Assembly: GCF_016432865.1 (NCBI RefSeq)
Contig: NC_067398.1
Coordinates: 244,218,001 to 244,282,000 of the forward strand
Source of the DNA: Antechinus flavipes
Lineage: Eukaryota
Length of the DNA: 64,000 nt
Reading direction: 5' to 3'
The position numbers and the translations under genes were made by a program. The notes below the pieces were generated by a model that saw only the letters and a list, made by a program, of their open reading frames with translations, made no database searches and was not told the origin of the DNA. Positions 57,601 to 64,000 of this stretch are shown here, piece after piece. Each line of letters starts with the position of its first letter. The first letter of the stretch is position 1.

Positions 57601-58530
57601 TTCAAAATTCTGCCTGATTCAAGCACTTCCTTAATCTGACACTATCCCATCTATCCAACCTCATTTTCCCTTTGAAGCTCTAGACAGTTTATTTTCTCAT
57701 TGTACCACCTAAACTTATTCTGACTTTTAAGCCTTGAAATGTCCTCCCTATTTACCTATAACAATGCAAATCCTACTTACCCTTCATAGCCAAGTTCAGG
57801 CTCCATTTCCTCCAAGAAACAATTTCTGTGCTTAATTGTTTAACCAATTGATTCTCAATTTTTTTTAACCTAAAAGGGAAAATTTTTGTTTTAATAGAGA
57901 AATCACCTATTTGGACAACCTAGCCATTAAGCTGATAGTGTTCCAACTTTACTACACACTTGGGGAAATCAGTCTAAAACCTGGAATGTGTTCATATAGG
58001 ACAGAGAGCCATCTGTCATTCATTTAACAAATATTTGTTGAGCTTCATATTTATAAATTACTGTGTTAGGTTCTGTGGAGGAGCTAAGAAATATAACAAG
58101 ATACTTCAAGATCAACACTTCCAAAACTAAATTTATCATCCTCTTTCCAAAACTTCCTCACTATTACAGTACCTAGTTTTCATGATATTTTAATGATACC
58201 CACTATCCTCCCATAACCTGGCTTCAGACACAATCCCCTTTGATTCTTTTCTTTCCTTTGTTCTCTACATTCAGTTGCTTGCTCATCAAGTTCTGTCCAT
58301 TCTACCTCTGTTATGTCTCTCATAACCATCCTCAATTTTCTTTTCCCTTTGCTATTTTATTAGTTCAAGATCTCACAATCTCTACCCAGAAGAGTACAGT
58401 ATTCTTCTATCAAATCTCCAATTTTTTCTTCCCTCAGTCCATTCTACACATCACTGCCAAATCTTCCTAAAACATAACTCATCACATTTCTTCTTTTTTT
58501 ATTCAATTATAAGCCAATTCTACTAGGTAG

Positions 58531-58703
58531 AGACAACTAAGTGGCACAATAGATAGAGCAGTGGACCTATAGTTAGGAAGACCTGAGTTCAAATTCTGCC
58601 TCAGTTTCTTCATCTGTAAAGTGGGGATAATAATAGCATCTACTTCCAAGAGTCTGAGATTTAAATGACATAATACTTGTAAAGTGTTGTGCAAACTTTA
58701 AAA
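58531..58703 (+). mobile_element. MIR/Mar1-type SINE
   Basis: AAGACCTGAGTTCAAATTCTGCCTCAGTTTCTTCATCTGTAAAGTGGGGATAATAATAGCATCTAC. Confidence 0.75.
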
Positions 58704-58821
58704 TCAAGACTCCTCAGCAACCCACCAGGGTCACACAACTGGGAGATATCAGTGGATTAGAAGGGCCTTATAAGATATCCAAAGTTCTATGGAGGTTTTT
58801 GAGCAGGGAAAGATCATATAT

Positions 58822-59373
58822 AGTTGGGAGAATCAGAAAAGACTTTGTCGAAAAAGGGGCATCTAAGTGTGGTGAGCTTTTTCTTCTCAAAATTCAGCCA
58901 GGTAATAAAAGTTCAGATCTTTTATTATCTCCAATATAGCCCGGTTAGCTTAGAGGCCTATCTCTCTGCTTGGTTCCAAAAGCTCTCTCCGAATGTCGCC
59001 AAATCCAAAGGTCTGGTCCTTCAGCCTCTGCCTCTGCTTTCTTCAGCCTCCAGCCAGCTCCACTCTTCATGTCATTCCCGTGAAATCTCGACTTGTAGCT
59101 TCTTCACTCTGAAGAACTTCTTTGACTGGCCCATTGAAGCTCTATTTATGCTCCTTCAAGAGAGGGATGTGGGTTTTCTCCCATAGTGCTCTCTGGCCCA
59201 AAGAGCTTCAAGGGAGGTGTGAACTCATTGAACTCCAATGAGTAAAGGTGTGAACACAAGCCTTGTATTATTAATTAGTTCTACTTAGTACCTTGTTTCA
59301 GGTTCTGCCCAAAACATCTTCTTGTAAGATTAGATCAACTCTAATTAGTTAGCAGTTAGTAAGGATTCCAACA
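58822..59373 (-). mobile_element. Solo endogenous-retrovirus LTR (~550 bp)
   Basis: Termini TGTTGG...CCAAC(T). On the minus strand: enhancer-like direct repeats (GTTCACACCT x2), TATA-like CATAAATAG near 59145 and AATAAA at 58921-58926. No clear TSD seen. Confidence 0.7.
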
Positions 59374-59754
59374 TCTAAGATAGTATTTGAAGTAAGAATA
59401 GGATTTTGACAGAGATGGCAAGGAAGGCCTTGAAGGCATATGCAGGGAGCAATGTGAACAGAAGTGCCATTTTGTGATTCTTGAGCAGAAGAGGGACACA
59501 ATGAGAGCTGAACATTAGGTTGACTGATCTAACAATGTGTGCTGGATAGTTTACAGGGAGAGAGACTGGACCTTTGTTAGCTTGACACCTCCCATGGAGC
59601 TAGACATGGTGATGAGAGGACATAAAGAATTCTTCTAAGTAATGCCCAGAAACTCTCAATCACGGCCTTTCCCCATTATGTATCCATTGCAGTAATCCAG
59701 GTGAGAGAGTATATGAAGGTGATAGGTGACAGATGGAATGGATGGGGAAGACTT

Positions 59755-60325
59755 TTTTTTAAAATAATAGTATTTTATTTTTCCAAATTCATGTAAAAAT
59801 AGTTTTTCAAAATTCATTTTTGTAAAGCTTTGTGTTCTAAATTTTTCCCTCTTTCCCTTACTTCCCCTCTCCCAAGAGGGCAAAGTATCTATTTTAGGCT
59901 AAATATGTGCAGTCCTTTTAAACATATTTCCATAAACACAAGGTTTTGCAAGGATCAATGTTGAAAAATTATCCATGCATATGTTTTGAAAATAAAAAGC
60001 TTTAATAAAAAAATTTCCATGTTTGCCATGTTGTGCAAGAAAAAGCAGACCAAAGGAAAAAAACAGACTTCAGAAAGAAACAAACAAAAAGATGAAAATA
60101 CTATGTTTTGATCCACATTCAGTCTCCCTAGTTCTCTCTCTAAATATTATTGGCATTTTCCATCCCAAATCTTTTGGAATTACCTTGAATAGCCTTGTTG
60201 AGAAAAGCCTGATTTATCACAGATGATCATCACATAATCTTGTTGCCATGTACAGTGATCTCCTGGTTCTACTTACTTCACTCAGCATCAATTCAAGTAG
60301 GTCTTTTCAGGCTTTTCTGAAATCA
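59755..60325 (-). mobile_element. Old L1 3' UTR fragment
   Basis: T-tail start and GATCTCCTGGTTCTACTTACTTCACTCAGCATCA, homologous to the L1s at 44120 and 47031. Confidence 0.7.
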
Positions 60326-62377
60326 GCAGAAGACTTGAGAAATATTTTCCACAAAGAATCACCAAAACATGTTGACTGATTGGATATGGGTAGTAAGAGA
60401 AAGAGGGAAAAAAAAGAGTAAAAGAAGATGCCTTGTGATCCAAGCCTTGTGAAAAGCTATGATGGCATCAACAGAAAGGAATTCAGGAGATTTTCAGGAA
60501 ATGGAATGTGTTCATTTTTTTGACATGAGTATGGGATGCTTGCAGGATATATAGCTGGAGATAGCAAGCAAAGGTCCAGATGGAAATACAGAATTGGATG
60601 TTAGGAGAAACATGAAAGCTGGAGATTTACATTTGGAAGTCACCCCCAAGAGAGAAGAGAACAGAATGTTGAAGATGCTTATATTCTGCAGAGGAGCCAA
60701 TAAATGACAGTTGATCATACATCTAGCTGGTCAGAACTTGAGCAATTTCCATTTTTTTCCTCACTGTAGAAGTTGCTGAGAATTGCATATCTAAGAATTC
60801 TGGACTGGCCTGGCCAGGGATATGTCCAGCTAAGGTGTGGAATGGTTGTCCCATTCTGAACCTGGCAAGTGAACATCTATTTATAAAAGCCATTTTTAAT
60901 TTGAAAAAAATTTTCCAAGGCAATTAGAGTTCAGGTCCTCCTGACTCTAGTGTTGTATCTATCTTGTAGATCCCCTTATTGTATCTAGTTGCTGTATCCA
61001 ACTGAGCTCCTTTAATAAATTTTATAAAATGTTCTATTTATGAAGTCTTTCCACAGCTGTTTACTATTTTCTGAAGCAACATCTCCCTGCCGCTTCTTTA
61101 AAATTTACTAATAAAAACTATAAAGCAGATTGTTTCACACTTAATTGAAGGACTAACATTAAGCATTTATTGAAGAATTAGACTTGTTGTGTTTAATGAC
61201 AGAAGATAGAATTAAGAGCAATAGATGGAAATGGTAAAGATGCCAATTTAGTCTTTAAAGTAAGGAAAAACGTTATAATAAATAGTATAATAATAAATAA
61301 AAAGTAGAATGGATTGCCTAGTGAGATACTATAGTAGGAATAAGTGTGTTAATTTAGGTTGAACAAAGCCATTTTGCTCTAACCATCCTTCTTGTGACTC
61401 AATAGTTGTTATATAAGCTATTTTTTAGTAATATAATTTTGCAATGGTATATGTGTCCCAGATTTGGTAAATGGTTTCAAATTTATATCCCTTAGATTTG
61501 GTAAATGAGTACTAATGAAATATGTCCCCCAAATCTGGTAAATAATTGATAAACACTTGTCAATGGCATTAGATGTGATTGATAGTTTCTTCCATCAAAA
61601 GCTTGCGTAATACATCACCAATCAGAATTTAGATGTGATTTATAAAACCAGAAGCATATCCCCATGTTCCCTGGTCCCAGCCATCAGCCTGATCCCAGAT
61701 TGAAACTAGGACAGACTCCTGTATTTCCAAACTTAGAAGACACTTGGAAATGTGAGCATCCCAGTTCACTTGTCTGACAGAGAATTGACAGAATGCTACT
61801 TGAAGGGAAAGACATGACCTCCAATTGGGTAGAGAAGTTATCCTGTCATAAGTTCCAGGACAAAAGATGCTTAGTGGGATCTTGAGGAATCAGGTTAGTG
61901 ATTTGTTCTTAGAGTCTTGATGGTTGTATTATTGAATAGTCGATAAAATTCAACTGAATGCATTTATGAGAGTAGGTCTTAGTGTAGTATTATGAGCCCT
62001 AATAGAAATAATGGTAAATTGGTTTTACCTGTGCACTCTATGTTACAGGTAGTACAACCACTTTATTGGAAATCTTTAAGCAGAGGTTAAGAGATCACTT
62101 ACTGGTCCTGTGGGGATCATTTTTTATGATTCTATTGAGTATCCCTCTGGGCCGAATCCATACTAGACTCAAGAGAACAAACAAAAGAATCAAATGTTTC
62201 TTATCCTCATTTGACTAATGATAATTTTTTTGTTTTTCATCAATTTTATGTGACTATATTTCCCTATGAGTTGGCAACCAGTAGAAAATCCATTGTACCA
62301 TTCTCCTCTTCCTCACCAACCATCTGTTCCTGTTCCAGATTCCATGAGAAATTGGACTATTAAGAGACAGGGTCAGC

Positions 62378-62994
62378 TGTTTGTAGTGGCTAGAAGCTGG
62401 AAAATGAATGGATGCCCATCAATTGGAGAATGGTTGAGTAAACTGTGGTATATGAACGTTATGGAATATTATTGTTCTGTAAGAAATGACCAGCAGGATG
62501 AATACAGAGAGGACTGGCGAGACTTACATGAACTGATGCTGAGTGAAATGAGCAGAACCAGGAAATCATTATATACCTCAACAATGATACTGTTTGAGGA
62601 TGTATTCTGATGGAAGTGGATCTCTTCAATAAAGAGAGCTAATTCAGTTTCAATTGATCAAGGATGGACAGAAGCAGCTACACTCAAAGAAAGAACACTG
62701 GGAAATGAATATAAACTGCTTGCATTTTTGTTTTTCTTCCCAGGTTATTTATACCTTCTGAATCCAATTCTCCCTGTGCAACAAGAAAACTGTTCGGTTC
62801 TGCACACATATATTGTATCTAGGATATCCTGTAACCTATTTAACATGTAAAGGACTATTTGCCATCTGGGGGAGGTGATGGAGGGAGGGAGGGGAAAAAT
62901 CGGAACAGAAGTGAGTACAAGGAATAATGCTGTAAAAAATTACTCTGGCAGGGGTTCTGTCAATAAAAAATTATTTTAAAAAATAAAATAAAAA
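62378..62994 (+). mobile_element. Young 5'-truncated L1 (ORF2 C-terminus, 3' UTR, A-tail) with a perfect 16-bp TSD
   Basis: LFVVARSWKMNGCPSIGEWLSKLWYMNVMEYYCSVRNDQQDEYREDWRDLHELMLSEMSRTR; AATAAA and A-tail; TSD AAGAGACAGGGTCAGC at 62362-62377 and 62995-63010; TT/AAGA endonuclease-type site. Confidence 0.93.
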
Positions 62995-63099
62995 AAGAGA
63001 CAGGGTCAGCAAAACATTTCCTAAAGGTATTGCAGCCTTTTGGATTAACTGAATAGGCTGCAGATAGATACTTTAACATTCTCACTATGCTTCCGACTT

Positions 63100-64000
63100 T
63101 TTTGTTCACTAAGAATTGAATAAAGAAAGAATTGGCATGTCTAAGTTACTAACTTAGGGAGAGGCACCTATTTTATACAACTTTCGCAAGTTGTATACAC
63201 AAAGGAGAGGAGAGATATGGGAGGAGATATCTACTGAAGATGGATGGATCAAGTGAGGGCTTTTTAAAGACAGAAAGATGGATATATTTGTAGGCAGTAG
63301 GGAGACACTGAAGAAAAGTGAGAGAGTGGAAACTGATAGAGGGACAATCTGCTTTGCAAAGATGGAATAAAATAGGATCACTTTTGTTTGTAGAGGGATT
63401 TACCTTGGCAAGGAGAGGAGCCACTTCTTCAAGTGAAACAGGGTGAAGAAGGGAATAATGGCAGAAAGCAGGATGATATGAGGAAGTAGAAAAAAGAACT
63501 CTTAGGGAGTGATCTCATTTCTCAGTTTAGAGGGTAAGAGCAGGGAAAATCCTGGGAGGCTTGAGGAGGAATGAAAAGATTTGTAAGAGTTGTAATGAGT
63601 GGGATAGTGAGTAAATTGGGTAGGTGTAAAAAGATTGCCTTGCTGCAGTGAGGACCCACTTGAGATAATTTATAGTGGGTCTTAGCATAGTTTCATGATT
63701 TTCTTCATTTAGCTGCATGAAAGTAGGAACAAACATAGAGTAATCCAAGGATGAGCCTTGGTAAGCCAGCATCTGTGATAAAATATGGGATACTGAACTC
63801 GAGAAGAACATAATATAGAATCAAACTGGTTATCAAGGAGTCAAAATTTGTGGGTAATGAAAAAATCAAGGGTATAACCATTTTTGTGTTAGGTTGAGTT
63901 GGGATGAAGCGATAGGACATCGGAAATGAGTAAATTGAGAAAGTAAGAGGTTAGTTGTAGAGGTGGTATCAATCTACATTGGTAGATATTTTCTCTTTTG
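63100..64000. mobile_element. Degenerate L2-like fragment
   Basis: Purine-rich GGAGAGGAGAGATATGGGAGG...GAGAGTGGAAACTGATAGAGGG pattern typical of old L2 in this orientation; recognised by eye only. Confidence 0.45.

Noticed and set aside
61690-61900. Short protein-like open stretches (DPRLKLGQTPVFPNLEDTWK..., QRIDRMLLEGKDM...)
   Set aside because: Interrupted by stops and not assignable to any family from the sequence alone; not called a pseudogene.

Overview
Vertebrate genomic DNA, most likely from a marsupial and probably a dasyurid (inferred from the SINE and L1 types and the protein divergence). The window is the reverse-oriented equivalent of the human 16p11.2 block RNF40 - CFAP119 (CCDC189) - PHKG2 - TMEM265 - SRCAP. 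I traced all five genes exon by exon with GT-AG junctions and intact frames: RNF40 (-, 19 coding exons, 1014 aa), CFAP119 (+, 9 exons, 333 aa), PHKG2 (-, 9 coding exons, 403 aa), TMEM265 (-, 2 coding exons, 110 aa) and SRCAP (-, 32 coding exons, 3156 aa). SRCAP introns hold two SNORA30-family H/ACA snoRNAs. The last ~9 kb is intergenic, with L1, L2, MIR-like SINE and solo-LTR sequence. Most interesting: (1) the SRCAP 5' leader has no stop in the main frame and carries a GTG in near-perfect Kozak context, predicting an 85-aa non-AUG N-terminal extension; (2) a ~95%-identical local inverted duplication, inserted inside an L1, brackets SRCAP exons 7-8 (519 nt, frame-neutral), which could favour circRNA formation or exon skipping; (3) a second SNORA30 copy keeps the 28S guide but has a rewritten 3' hairpin; (4) the CFAP119 stop codon lies inside its poly(A) signal; (5) a solo LTR has its AATAAA in a perfect hairpin. 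Gene and family names come from recalled human sequences, not from database searches.
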